From assembly GCF_000019605.1 (NCBI RefSeq), contig NC_010482.1, forward strand, positions 810,001-842,000: a DNA stretch of 32,000 bases, in the 5' to 3' direction. Below the pieces are notes generated by a model, which ran no database searches, was not told where the DNA came from, and worked only from the letters and a program-made list of their open reading frames with translations. The position numbers and the translations under genes are program-made. Below, in pieces: positions 1 to 8,502 of the stretch (its first letter is position 1; each line of letters opens with the position of its first letter). Source of the DNA: Candidatus Korarchaeum cryptofilum OPF8. GTDB lineage: Archaea; Korarchaeota; Korarchaeia; Korarchaeales; Korarchaeaceae.

Positions 1-863
1 CCATACTTTCATTAACCGCTATAGGGATTACTCTACTTTATAGGACTACAAGGGTTCCCAACTTCGCTCACGCATCCTTCGTAACGACTGGCATATATTC
101 ATCAACGATAGTCTGGGTTTTCGGCTTCCACCCGTACTGGGGGATACCTCTCGGCTTCATCCTCGGTGGCTTAGTGGCTGTGCTGCTCTTCTACATGCTG
201 GAGCCTCTGAGGAAAAGGAAGGCATCGATATTCCTCCTCATGATAGCCACTCTCTCCTTCGATATACTCATGTACGGAGTCCTCAACATCCTAGCTGATA
301 CGCTCCAATTTGAGTTCAAGATACTATCAAGAAACATCTATTTTGTCCCAATGGATTTCGATATAGCGGGAATCAGAGGAATAGTTCTCATCTCACTTGC
401 GGCATTTCTCGTCACGATGATAGCGCTCCAGCTCCTGCTCTACAGGACGAACCTGGGGGTAGCATTAAGAGCGTGCATGGAGAACCCATCGTTAGCGCAG
501 ACCTTGGGAATAAATGTCTCGAGGATGCTCCTGATCTCTTGGTTCATAGCGGGAGCTACTGCTGGAGTAGCTGGGGCATTGCTCCCCTTCTATCAGATGT
601 GCAATACCTACACCGGTACCTACTATCTAGCTGAGATGTTCTGCGCCAGTACAGTGGGTGGACTTGATTACCTAATAGGGGCACCTATTGGAAGTTTCCT
701 GCTTGGATTTGCAAAGATATTGCTTCTCTCCTCCCTAGCCTCGGTGGTAGGCCCCGATATAATAAACTACATGATGATAATACCCCTGAGCATATTGGTG
801 ATAACGCTCGCAGTATTGCCCACGGGCATAGCTCCCTTAATAATGAAGAGGAGGGGTGTTTGA
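1..863 (+). CDS. livH: Branched-chain/hydrophobic amino acid ABC transporter permease, LivH type; the 5' end lies outside the window
   Basis: The frame is open from position 3 (TAIGITLLYRTTRVPNFAHASF...) and runs into tracked ORF 174..863. It has an NFAH-x-SF motif and a multi-pass hydrophobic profile typical of LivH-type permeases. Its stop (861-863) overlaps or abuts the start of a LivM-type gene. Confidence 0.85.
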   Translation, partial: ILSLTAIGITLLYRTTRVPNFAHASFVTTGIYSSTIVWVFGFHPYWGIPLGFILGGLVAVLLFYMLEPLRKRKASIFLLMIATLSFDILMYGVLNILADTLQFEFKILSRNIYFVPMDFDIAGIRGIVLISLAAFLVTMIALQLLLYRTNLGVALRACMENPSLAQTLGINVSRMLLISWFIAGATAGVAGALLPFYQMCNTYTGTYYLAEMFCASTVGGLDYLIGAPIGSFLLGFAKILLLSSLASVVGPDIINYMMIIPLSILVITLAVLPTGIAPLIMKRRGV

Positions 864-1923
864 GATGGAGCAGATACTTGAGAATATCATAATGTTCGTC
901 ACGAGCTTCATAGCAGTATATTCTGTGTACCTGATAGCTAGCGTGAGCTTGAACATACAGAGAGGATACGCTGGTATTCCGCAGTTCGGGTTGGTCTTCC
1001 CCATAGCTGGGGCCGCATACATAATGGGGAACCTCTCCATAAATCTAGCCGTGCGGATCCTCGGGATAAAGACAGAGTTAGATCCGATATACGAGAGCTC
1101 GGGTGTGATAGCCCTGATAAACCCCATCCTTAGCTCTAATCCCCTTCTATCGATAGCCTTCTTCATACTGTGTTTGATAATCGGTGCGATAGTCGGCGCA
1201 ATTCTCGGGCTAATTCAGGTCGGTCCAGCGATAAGGCTGAGGATCGATTATCTAGGTTTAACGCTCCTAGCGTTCGGTGAGATAGCGAATGTAATTGCTA
1301 GAGCTTATAGGCCATTGATAGGTGGAGAGTACGGAGTTCAGGTTCCATCGGTCTTCGGGTGGGCTGGGAAAAATACTATCGTTGCTATGACAGCTGCCAT
1401 GCTCATAATAGCCCTGATCATATACGCTTACGCTGAGTACTTAGGGAGGACGCCGATGGGGAGGACTATGAAGGCTATAAGGGATAATGAAGTCGCAGCC
1501 GCTGCTTTAGGCAAGAGCTTAGTGAAATACAGGGCTATAGCTATAGTGATAGGATCCGCATTCTGCGGGATAGCCGGTGTCCTATGGGCCTTCTTCAACG
1601 GGAGCGTGATGCCAGGGCAGTTCGTGAGGTTCAACTGGACCTTCCTCCCCTGGCTCATGATATTACTTGGAGGCATAGGTAATAACAGGGGTGCGCTCGT
1701 AGGTACTACTGTTTTCGTCGCCTTGGACAGGTTCATAACTTACTACAAGCATGAGTTCGTGGGCCTCCTGCCCTTCGATGTGATCTGGCTCTATCAGATC
1801 CTCCTCGGTGCTATAACAGCCTTCATACTGATTTACAGGCCTCAGGGAGTCCTTCCTGAGAGGCCATATATACCTAAGGACGTTAGGGAGAGAGTGAAGA
1901 GCAGTATAGCTAGCTCCTCCTAA
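856..1923 (+). CDS. livM: Branched-chain amino acid ABC transporter permease, LivM type
   Basis: 355-aa polytopic membrane protein with a LivM-like core (RTPMGRTMKAIRDNEVAAAALG, GGIGNNRGALVG). It starts at GTG 856 or ATG 865, preceded by GAGGAGGGGTG (Shine-Dalgarno-like), and is coupled to the upstream permease. Confidence 0.85.
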   Translation: MFEMEQILENIIMFVTSFIAVYSVYLIASVSLNIQRGYAGIPQFGLVFPIAGAAYIMGNLSINLAVRILGIKTELDPIYESSGVIALINPILSSNPLLSIAFFILCLIIGAIVGAILGLIQVGPAIRLRIDYLGLTLLAFGEIANVIARAYRPLIGGEYGVQVPSVFGWAGKNTIVAMTAAMLIIALIIYAYAEYLGRTPMGRTMKAIRDNEVAAAALGKSLVKYRAIAIVIGSAFCGIAGVLWAFFNGSVMPGQFVRFNWTFLPWLMILLGGIGNNRGALVGTTVFVALDRFITYYKHEFVGLLPFDVIWLYQILLGAITAFILIYRPQGVLPERPYIPKDVRERVKSSIASSS

Positions 1924-1967
1924 CTCCCTTTTTTATTATTCACCTCAATTTTCCAGCTGGTGATACC

Positions 1968-3011
1968 TTGGAGGTCCTGGCTAAGCTCGGGGGTTGGGAA
2001 CCGCCAGCCGGCTGGTTGAGGATAACTACTTTAGAAACGCATACCGAGGGTGAGCCCCTCAGGATAATAACATCGGGGATTCCGGCTATCGAAGGAAGGA
2101 GCGTGCTTGAGAAGAGGAGGTACTTCATGAAGAACTTAGATCACATAAGGAGAGCTCTCATCTTGGAGCCCAGGGGTCATGCGGATATGTACGGTGCAGT
2201 TATAACTGAACCTTCTCTCCCTGAAGCGCACTTCGGGGTAATATTCATGCACAATGAGGGATACAGCACTGGGTGCGGCCACGCTGTGATAGCTTTAGCT
2301 AAAGTAGCTGTCCTCACTGGCATCGTCGATGCTACTGAGCCGCTCACTGAAGTGAGGATAGAGACGCCCTCCGGCCTAGTCAGAGCTTACGTGGAGGTCA
2401 GGAATGGCGAGGTAGGTAAGGTTAGGTTCAGGAACGTCCCTTCCTTCGTTTACGCTCTAGATAAGGAGGTGGAAGTTGAGGGGATCGGGAGGGTGAATTA
2501 TGATGTCGCATTCGGAGGGGCTTTCTACGCTTTCGTCGACTCAGAGCAGTTAGGAGTGAAGTGCGTCCCCGAGGGGTACAGGGAGCTCATAGATACGGGG
2601 ATGAGGATAAAGAGGGCTGTCATGAATAGCCTGAGTATAGAGCATCCATTTGAGAGGGATCTCAGCTTCCTGTATGGGACTATATTCGTATGCCCACCTG
2701 TAGATGAAGCATCCCATAGCAGGCACGTCACGGTCTTCGCTGAGGGCGAGGTCGATAGGTGCCCCACTGGGACCGGGGTCAGCGCGAGGTTACCCCTCTT
2801 GCTGGCTAGGAAAGAAATTGGCTTAGGTGAGGAGCTAATATTCGAGAGCATAATAAATACGAAGTTCACGGGGAGGATAGTTGAGAAAGTGAAATACGGG
2901 CCTTACGAAGCTGTCATACCCGAGGTGGGCGGAGATGCTCATATAATAGCTAAGAACACTTTCCTCATAGATCCCGAGGACCCCTTGAAATATGGATTCT
3001 TCCTGAGATAA
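1968..3011 (+). CDS. Proline racemase superfamily enzyme. The catalytic pair reads Cys103/Thr267, which predicts trans-3-hydroxy-L-proline dehydratase-like chemistry rather than a racemase or epimerase.
   Basis: Family motifs present: GEPLRIITSG, EPRGHADMYG, NEGYSTGCGH (first catalytic Cys, codon 2274-2276) and DRCPTGTGVSAR (Thr at 2766-2768 where racemases have the SPCGT Cys). TTG start at 1968 is preceded by GGTGAT (1959-1964). Confidence 0.8.
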   Translation: MEVLAKLGGWEPPAGWLRITTLETHTEGEPLRIITSGIPAIEGRSVLEKRRYFMKNLDHIRRALILEPRGHADMYGAVITEPSLPEAHFGVIFMHNEGYSTGCGHAVIALAKVAVLTGIVDATEPLTEVRIETPSGLVRAYVEVRNGEVGKVRFRNVPSFVYALDKEVEVEGIGRVNYDVAFGGAFYAFVDSEQLGVKCVPEGYRELIDTGMRIKRAVMNSLSIEHPFERDLSFLYGTIFVCPPVDEASHSRHVTVFAEGEVDRCPTGTGVSARLPLLLARKEIGLGEELIFESIINTKFTGRIVEKVKYGPYEAVIPEVGGDAHIIAKNTFLIDPEDPLKYGFFLR

Positions 3012-3057
3012 ACTGAGCACTTACGTAAAGGAAATATACGAAAGGAGGGAACCTCAA

Positions 3058-3093
3058 CTCCTCTTCCTGGAGGAGCACTATAGCCTCTTTTTT
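3058..3093 (+). terminator. Putative transcript end: short inverted repeat followed by a T6 tract
   Basis: CTCCTC (3058-3063) and GAGGAG (3070-3075) form an inverted repeat, followed by TTTTTT at 3088-3093, about 50-80 nt after the stop at 3011. Oligo-T tracts are the usual archaeal termination signal. Confidence 0.4.
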
Positions 3094-3195
3094 ATCGTTA
3101 AAATTTTTCAAACTATTTTCTCTGCCTTTTGTCGAAACATAATGCTTAAATTTAATATGGATCCATAAGTAGAGCCCCGATTTGGGGGGTTGTAC

Positions 3196-4836
3196 ATGTC
3201 AGGAGAGGGATCTAGTGGAATTGTTCCAAAGGAAGTTTTCGCGAGGAGGGCGAGCGGCCTAGTAAGGGAAGCCAGTCTTATAGATGCCTTCGCTTTCGGT
3301 TTCCTCAATCAGGGGCCAGCTGTTGCTATATGGACATTGCTGAGCTGGGGGATATGGCTCTTCCCATCTGGAGATATATTGAACTCGATATGGATAGCGA
3401 CTTTCTTCGGTGTCTTCGGAGCTGCTCTCGTGTGGGGTATCCTAGGTGCATCTATGCCCAGGAGTGGAGGTAGCTACGTCTACAATACGAGGATACTGCA
3501 TCCAGCGATAGGGATGGCAGTCAGCTTCGCTGAGTACTTCGTCTGGTGGCTCTGGGGGATAATATTAGCTCCTTGGGTAGCCGATCCCGGATTAACGACG
3601 CTCTTCGGTATGCTCGAGATGCCCGAAGCGGCTGAGTGGTGCGCCTCCCCACTGGGCATGTTCATAATAGCCTCCATAGTGAACTTCCTGGGCTATCTAT
3701 TCACTTTCTATGGCTTGAGATGGTATCTCTGGCATCAGAGGACGATGATGGTCCTCTCCATAATATTCCTAGTTATCGTCGGTATCATACTGGGCATGCA
3801 CTCGCACGAGGAGTTCGTGGCAGCTTGGAATGCTATGGCAGCTCAGTACAATTCTCTAGATTATGAGGGTATGATAAGAGCAGCTATGGAGACCGATCCG
3901 AGGGTATTCACTCCTACAGCAGCTGTAGTCATGGGGACCCTCGGCCTAGTTGTAGTGAACGCCTGGTGGGCTAGATACGGTCTTGATCTGAACGTCATGG
4001 CTGGAGAGATAAAGAGGCCCCAGAGGAACATAATGATAGCTCAGATAAGCTCCGTAGTTGCCCCGGCTATATTCGTCCTCGCGTTCGCGGTGCTCTTCCC
4101 GAGCGTCGTAGGAAGGGACTTCATGTACGCTCTCTCGGTAGCTGATAACGTGGGGCTCGATGGTTACAAAATGCCCTTCCCGCCTAACTTCATGGGAGTG
4201 ACTAGAGTCTTCCTGGATCTATCTAACCCGCTGCACTACGCTCTAGCCATAATGGCTGCCCTCAGCTTCATAATATGTGATTACATGTACATTCCTCTGG
4301 GTTACGTGGCTGCCAGCAGGATAGCCGTAGCATGGGGTATGGACAGGATGGGGCCCAAGTGGTTCTCCGAAGTGAATCCAAAGTGGGCATCACCCGTGAA
4401 GAACTTGACTTTCTTCTTCATAGTCTCCGAGCTCGGGATAGCTTTGTATACCTTCGGAGGGGCTGGTCCGATATCTTCACTGGACTGCCCGGCTACGGAG
4501 GGCATCTCCTTATGGGGAGTTACCGCATTAGGTGCTCTCATATTCCCATTCGTCAAGAAGGTCAAATCAATATGGGAGACCTCGCCCTATAGGAACTGGA
4601 GGATAGGGCCCCTGCCCATAATAACGATAGCCGCAGTGATAGATCTGATAAACGTTGCGATAATAGAGTACTTCTACTACACGACTCCTGAGCTAGAAGG
4701 AATAACGCCTGAAGGATTAATAGCCTTCTTATTCGTTTGGACTGGTGGTATGCTCTGGTGGGCATACTGGAGATGGAAGAACAAGAAGGAGGGCATAGAT
4801 ATAGATCTTGCATGGAAGGAGCTCCCTCCGGAGTGA
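3196..4836 (+). CDS. APC-superfamily amino acid permease
   Basis: About 546-aa protein with more than 10 hydrophobic spans and the N-terminal MPRSGGSYVY motif typical of APC transporters. ATG 3196 is preferred over the track's TTG 3190. An A/T-rich box (CTTAAATTTAATAT, 3145-3158) lies about 40 nt upstream. Confidence 0.75.
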   Translation: MSGEGSSGIVPKEVFARRASGLVREASLIDAFAFGFLNQGPAVAIWTLLSWGIWLFPSGDILNSIWIATFFGVFGAALVWGILGASMPRSGGSYVYNTRILHPAIGMAVSFAEYFVWWLWGIILAPWVADPGLTTLFGMLEMPEAAEWCASPLGMFIIASIVNFLGYLFTFYGLRWYLWHQRTMMVLSIIFLVIVGIILGMHSHEEFVAAWNAMAAQYNSLDYEGMIRAAMETDPRVFTPTAAVVMGTLGLVVVNAWWARYGLDLNVMAGEIKRPQRNIMIAQISSVVAPAIFVLAFAVLFPSVVGRDFMYALSVADNVGLDGYKMPFPPNFMGVTRVFLDLSNPLHYALAIMAALSFIICDYMYIPLGYVAASRIAVAWGMDRMGPKWFSEVNPKWASPVKNLTFFFIVSELGIALYTFGGAGPISSLDCPATEGISLWGVTALGALIFPFVKKVKSIWETSPYRNWRIGPLPIITIAAVIDLINVAIIEYFYYTTPELEGITPEGLIAFLFVWTGGMLWWAYWRWKNKKEGIDIDLAWKELPPE

Positions 4837-4892
4837 TCCTCCCCACACTATATTTTTTATAAGGAGATGATTTGCGGTAGAAGGGTGGTAAT

Positions 4893-5825
4893 ATGACCAG
4901 GATACTCTTCGTGACGGATGTTCACGGCTCTGAATACGTATTCAGGAAATTCCTAAATGCGATCCCTATATACAAAGCCGATGTAGGCATACTCCTCGGG
5001 GACTTAGCCGGTAAGCTCTTAGTACCGATAGTGAAGAACCCCGATAACACTTATGTGAGCACTTTCTTCGGGGGGACTTACAAGTTCAAGGAGAAGGAGC
5101 TTGATGATGTCAAGAAGAGAATCTCTATAGCCGGCTATTATCCGATAATCGTGACTAAGGAGGAGTTGGATGAGATAGAGAGGAATCCTGAACTGAAGGA
5201 TAGGCTCTTCGTCGAGAACATAAAGGCTAGGTTGAGGAGCTGGATCAAGCTCGCTGAGGAGAGGTTGAAAGGTAAAAATGTGAAGATATTCATATCGGCA
5301 GGGAACGATGATCCGCTGGAGATAGAGGAAGTCCTCAATGAGAGCGATTTCGTGATAAACGTTGGCATGAAGAAGGTCTGGGTCGATGAGCATCATGAGA
5401 TGATAACGCTGCCCTACTCCAACCCGACCCCCTGGAACACGCCCAGGGAGGTCCCAGAGGAGAAGCTCGAGGAGATGATAGAGGATCTAGTCAAGAAGAT
5501 AGAGAACATGGAGAATGCTATATTCAACTTCCACGTCCCTCCATACGATTCGGGCTTAGATCTAGCCCCAAAGCTCTCTAAGGACTTAACGCCTTCCGTC
5601 AGCGAGATGATACCCGTCGGTAGCGTAGCAGTAAGGAAGGCTATAGAGAAGTATCAGCCGATGATGGGGCTTCATGGCCACATACACGAATCCAAAGGAT
5701 TCTGCAATATAGGGAGGACCATATGCTTCAACCCGGGAAGCGAGTACGGTGAGGGGATACTCAAAGGAGTTTTAATAGATATAGAGAGGGGGAAGGTCAA
5801 AGGTTACTCGTTCGTGTCCGGGTGA
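4893..5825 (+). CDS. Calcineurin-like metallophosphoesterase with a long insert between motifs II and III
   Basis: Ordered motifs: FVTDVHGS (I), LLGDLAG (II), SAGNDDP (III), FNFHVPP (IV), GLHGHIHES (V). TATA-like ACTATATTTTTTATAA lies at 4848-4863 and GGTGG precedes the ATG. Confidence 0.8.
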   Translation: MTRILFVTDVHGSEYVFRKFLNAIPIYKADVGILLGDLAGKLLVPIVKNPDNTYVSTFFGGTYKFKEKELDDVKKRISIAGYYPIIVTKEELDEIERNPELKDRLFVENIKARLRSWIKLAEERLKGKNVKIFISAGNDDPLEIEEVLNESDFVINVGMKKVWVDEHHEMITLPYSNPTPWNTPREVPEEKLEEMIEDLVKKIENMENAIFNFHVPPYDSGLDLAPKLSKDLTPSVSEMIPVGSVAVRKAIEKYQPMMGLHGHIHESKGFCNIGRTICFNPGSEYGEGILKGVLIDIERGKVKGYSFVSG

Positions 5826-5829
5826 GATC

Positions 5830-6636
5830 ATGAAGAGGTTCAGGTTACCTTCCGAGATACCGATAGAGGAGTATCCATCTCCAGAGGAGTTCATAAATGA
5901 GGCCATTGCTATAGTAGAGGGGGCTAAGGAGAGGGGCATCACTCTCAGAGTGATAGGTGGTATGGCCATCTACATGCACAGCAAGGAGTATGAGGATCTA
6001 TGGAAGAGGCTCAAGAGACTCGGAGCTAAGGTATTCACGGATATAGACTTAGCTGGCTATTCTAAGGAGAGGGATAAGATAGCTAAGTTCTTAGCTGAGA
6101 GGGGATACGAGGTAGATCAGAGGCTCCTCATGTACTACGGTAGGGTGAGGCAGATCTATTACAGCGATAGGATACCTATGGTCGAGGTCTTCTTGGATAG
6201 GCTAGCGATGAACCACACGATAGAGTTCAAGGGGAGGCTTGAGAAAGATCCGTTAACGCTTCCATTAGCTGAGCTCCTCTTGGAGAAGCTTCAGATAGTC
6301 AGGATGAATGATAAGGACTTCAAGGACTCCATAGTTCTCCTTAGAGCTCATGAGTTCGGTTGGGATGATAACGATAAGATAAACTTGGAGGCATTCAAGA
6401 TACAGGGCCTATTCGATGACTGGGGGTTCTGGTACACCGTGACGACGAACCTCCAGCTGCTCAGGAGCAAATTGGACGAATATGATATAGAGGAATCCCA
6501 CAAAGTCGTGGTGAGATCCAGGATAGATGAGCTCCTCAAATACTTGAATGAGACTCCCAAATCCAAGAAGTGGGAGAAGAGGGCTAAGATAGGGACGAAG
6601 GAGAAGTGGTACAACGAGGTGGAGGAGTGGCATTAG
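5830..6636 (+). CDS. Hypothetical protein, possible Pol-beta-type nucleotidyltransferase fold (NTP_transf_5 / AbiEii-like layout)
   Basis: RVIGGMAIYMH ... FTDIDLAGY (codons about 5956-6048) resembles a G[GS]...DxD NTase signature, with a later acidic strand MVEVFLD. The ATG lies 4 nt after the upstream stop and is preceded by GGTGA. The CDS call is solid; the fold assignment is tentative. Confidence 0.45.
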   Translation: MKRFRLPSEIPIEEYPSPEEFINEAIAIVEGAKERGITLRVIGGMAIYMHSKEYEDLWKRLKRLGAKVFTDIDLAGYSKERDKIAKFLAERGYEVDQRLLMYYGRVRQIYYSDRIPMVEVFLDRLAMNHTIEFKGRLEKDPLTLPLAELLLEKLQIVRMNDKDFKDSIVLLRAHEFGWDDNDKINLEAFKIQGLFDDWGFWYTVTTNLQLLRSKLDEYDIEESHKVVVRSRIDELLKYLNETPKSKKWEKRAKIGTKEKWYNEVEEWH

Positions 6637-7741
6637 AAAGGGCTCTGAGGGGTATGGAAGAGAGAAGCATTATTGATGAAGCTAGGAAGAAGGGTATCTC
6701 GGGCCCAGATACCTCCCAGAGCATTCCGCCTAAATATGAGCCGGCTGAGTGGGATAAGCCCGTGAGGATAGTGACGGTACCGAAGGCAGTTGCTCTCCTA
6801 TCCCTAGCTGTGAGCTCACTGATCGCAGTACCGAAGGAGACTTCAGCTAGGGAGAAGAGAGCTATGTAGTATAGCGAGATCAGGATGAATGCAGCGTAAG
6901 CTCTTGAGAAGATCCATAGCAGGGAGAAGATACCTGAGGAGACGAAAGATAGCATTAAGCCCCTCAATCCCCCTATTTTCATCACGAGGGAGCCCGCGGC
7001 GATGCTCGCGATTGATGTGAGGAGCTGAGCTGAGAAGAACATCCTCTCTATCTCCTCTAAAGAGAAGTACATGAGCTTCTCAGCGTAGATGGGTATTAGG
7101 GGGGAGATTATCCCATTGGCTAATTGGAACACCGAGAGGGAGATGAGGAGGGGTATGAGAGTCAATCCGAAGCTGGAACTCTCCTCCATTTTAGGGGGTT
7201 CCTTAAGCAGTGCAGCTCTAGCTGCGAGACAGGAGAGGCTCACCACTATCCCTAGTATGAAGAGGGGGTCGAATCCATAGGACGGGATTATGAGGGATCC
7301 CAGAAGGGGACCGACAGCCCAGCCCAGGTTCAGGAGGAAGTTGTAGAACCCGAATGCTCTAGCTACTCCCAGCTTCTCCGAGGACTCAGCTATCATCGAG
7401 CTGAAGGATGGGTTCTGGAGGCCGGCGAAGAAGGAGGATATAGCTACTGCTAAGGCGACTGCGAGCCAGTCCTTGAGTAAGAGCATTGAGATGAAGAAAG
7501 GTATGAACGTAGATGTCGATAGCAAGATAATTACCTTCCTCCCGAACCTATCTGAGAGGAGGCCTCCTGGTAGTTGGGAGAGGGCCCAGGCTACATTTAC
7601 CAGAGAGAAGCTAATCCCAACTTCTGCTACGCCGGCCCCCAGCCTCTCCAAGTAGAGGGGGAGGATCATCCACCACGAGCTAAAAGCTACATCTATCGCG
7701 AAGGAGGTTATTGAGAGCACCGATACGTTTCTAGAGCTCAC
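6584..7741 (-). CDS. Major facilitator superfamily transporter
   Basis: 385-aa protein with about 12 hydrophobic spans and MFS motif A (GGLLSDRFGRKVIILL). Its 3' end overlaps the convergent ORF 5830..6636 by 53 nt. Confidence 0.8.
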   Translation of the reverse strand: MSSRNVSVLSITSFAIDVAFSSWWMILPLYLERLGAGVAEVGISFSLVNVAWALSQLPGGLLSDRFGRKVIILLSTSTFIPFFISMLLLKDWLAVALAVAISSFFAGLQNPSFSSMIAESSEKLGVARAFGFYNFLLNLGWAVGPLLGSLIIPSYGFDPLFILGIVVSLSCLAARAALLKEPPKMEESSSFGLTLIPLLISLSVFQLANGIISPLIPIYAEKLMYFSLEEIERMFFSAQLLTSIASIAAGSLVMKIGGLRGLMLSFVSSGIFSLLWIFSRAYAAFILISLYYIALFSLAEVSFGTAISELTARDRRATAFGTVTILTGLSHSAGSYLGGMLWEVSGPEIPFFLASSIMLLSSIPLRALSNATPPPRCTTSPSSLS

Positions 7742-7890
7742 AGCGCATCCCCATACCTATTGGCTCAATCTATTTAACCTCTATCACCTGGGTTCCAAGA
7801 ACCAGAGAGCTCAACTCGCGGAGGAGATTAAAATAATGGGGACCTTCGGATCCTTCAGTTTTAAATTCTAGGAGCTTATGATGAAATTGT

Positions 7891-8502
7891 ATGAAGAGAG
7901 TGGTGATCATAGCGAAAGGAGAGGTTCAGAGAGTCGGCTACAGGGATGAGGTGGAGAGGATCGCTAGGAAGCTGGGCCTCACCGGTTACGTTGAGAACCT
8001 GAAACCTTACGATGTTATGATAGTAGCGGAGGGAGATGAGGAGAGGCTTAAACAGTTCATCGAATTGGTGAAGATACAGAAGTTCCCTATATTCGTTGAG
8101 AATCTCGAAGTTACCTGGCAGGAGGCGACAGGGGAATTCAGCTTCTTCGAAATAAGGAGAGGAGATTGGACGGAGGAGCTCTTCGAGAGGCTGGACGCAG
8201 CTGGGAGGCTCCTCTATAGGAACGTGGAGCTGAGCGAGAAAGCGGTTGAATTAGGGGAGAAGAACTTGAAACTGAGCGAGAAAGCGGTTGAATTAAGCGA
8301 GAAAGCGGTTGAGCTGGGAGAGAAGAACTTGAAGCTGGGGAGGGCGATTCTGAAGGCGATAAGGGAGGAATCTGAGAAGACGAGGGAGGAGATAAGGTTA
8401 CTTAGAGGTGATCTCAGGGAGTACATACAGGAGAACCTCAAGGAGATACGGGATAGGGTAGTAGAGATAGAGAAGGCGCTTAAGAGGGCCGGAATAATGT
8501 GA
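7891..8502 (+). CDS. Acylphosphatase-like domain protein with a C-terminal heptad-repeat coiled coil
   Basis: The N-terminal ~90 aa carry GEVQRVGYRDEV...GLTGYVENL (compare acylphosphatase VxGxVQGVxFR ... GWVxN). The C-terminal ~110 aa are Glu/Lys/Leu-rich with exact heptads. A T5 tract (8520-8524) follows the stop. Confidence 0.65.
   Translation: MKRVVIIAKGEVQRVGYRDEVERIARKLGLTGYVENLKPYDVMIVAEGDEERLKQFIELVKIQKFPIFVENLEVTWQEATGEFSFFEIRRGDWTEELFERLDAAGRLLYRNVELSEKAVELGEKNLKLSEKAVELSEKAVELGEKNLKLGRAILKAIREESEKTREEIRLLRGDLREYIQENLKEIRDRVVEIEKALKRAGIM
8224..8340 (+). repeat. In-frame 21-nt (heptad) tandem repeat inside the CDS
   Basis: The 24-mer CTGAGCGAGAAAGCGGTTGAATTA occurs identically at 8230-8253 and 8272-8295, with a third near-copy at 8296-8316. 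GGGGAGAAGAACTTGAAACTG (8254-8274) matches GGAGAGAAGAACTTGAAGCTG (8317-8337). It encodes VELSEKA/VELGEKN/LKLSEKA/VELSEKA/VELGEKN/LKLG. Confidence 0.85.

Noticed and set aside
7878-7884. ATGATGA resembling a C box of a C/D-box sRNA just upstream of the acylphosphatase-like gene.
   Set aside because: There is no CTGA D or D' box or second TGATGA at the expected 12-nt guide spacings downstream, no terminal stem, and the sequence runs straight into the CDS start at 7891.
8224-8340. Tandem repeats (here, at 27489-27524 and at 27695-27731) considered as a CRISPR array or minisatellite.
   Set aside because: The first two are in-frame coding repeats (heptads and a TVTQ linker) with no spacers. The third is two and a half adjacent 13-mers with no spacers. 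No cas genes are present in the window.
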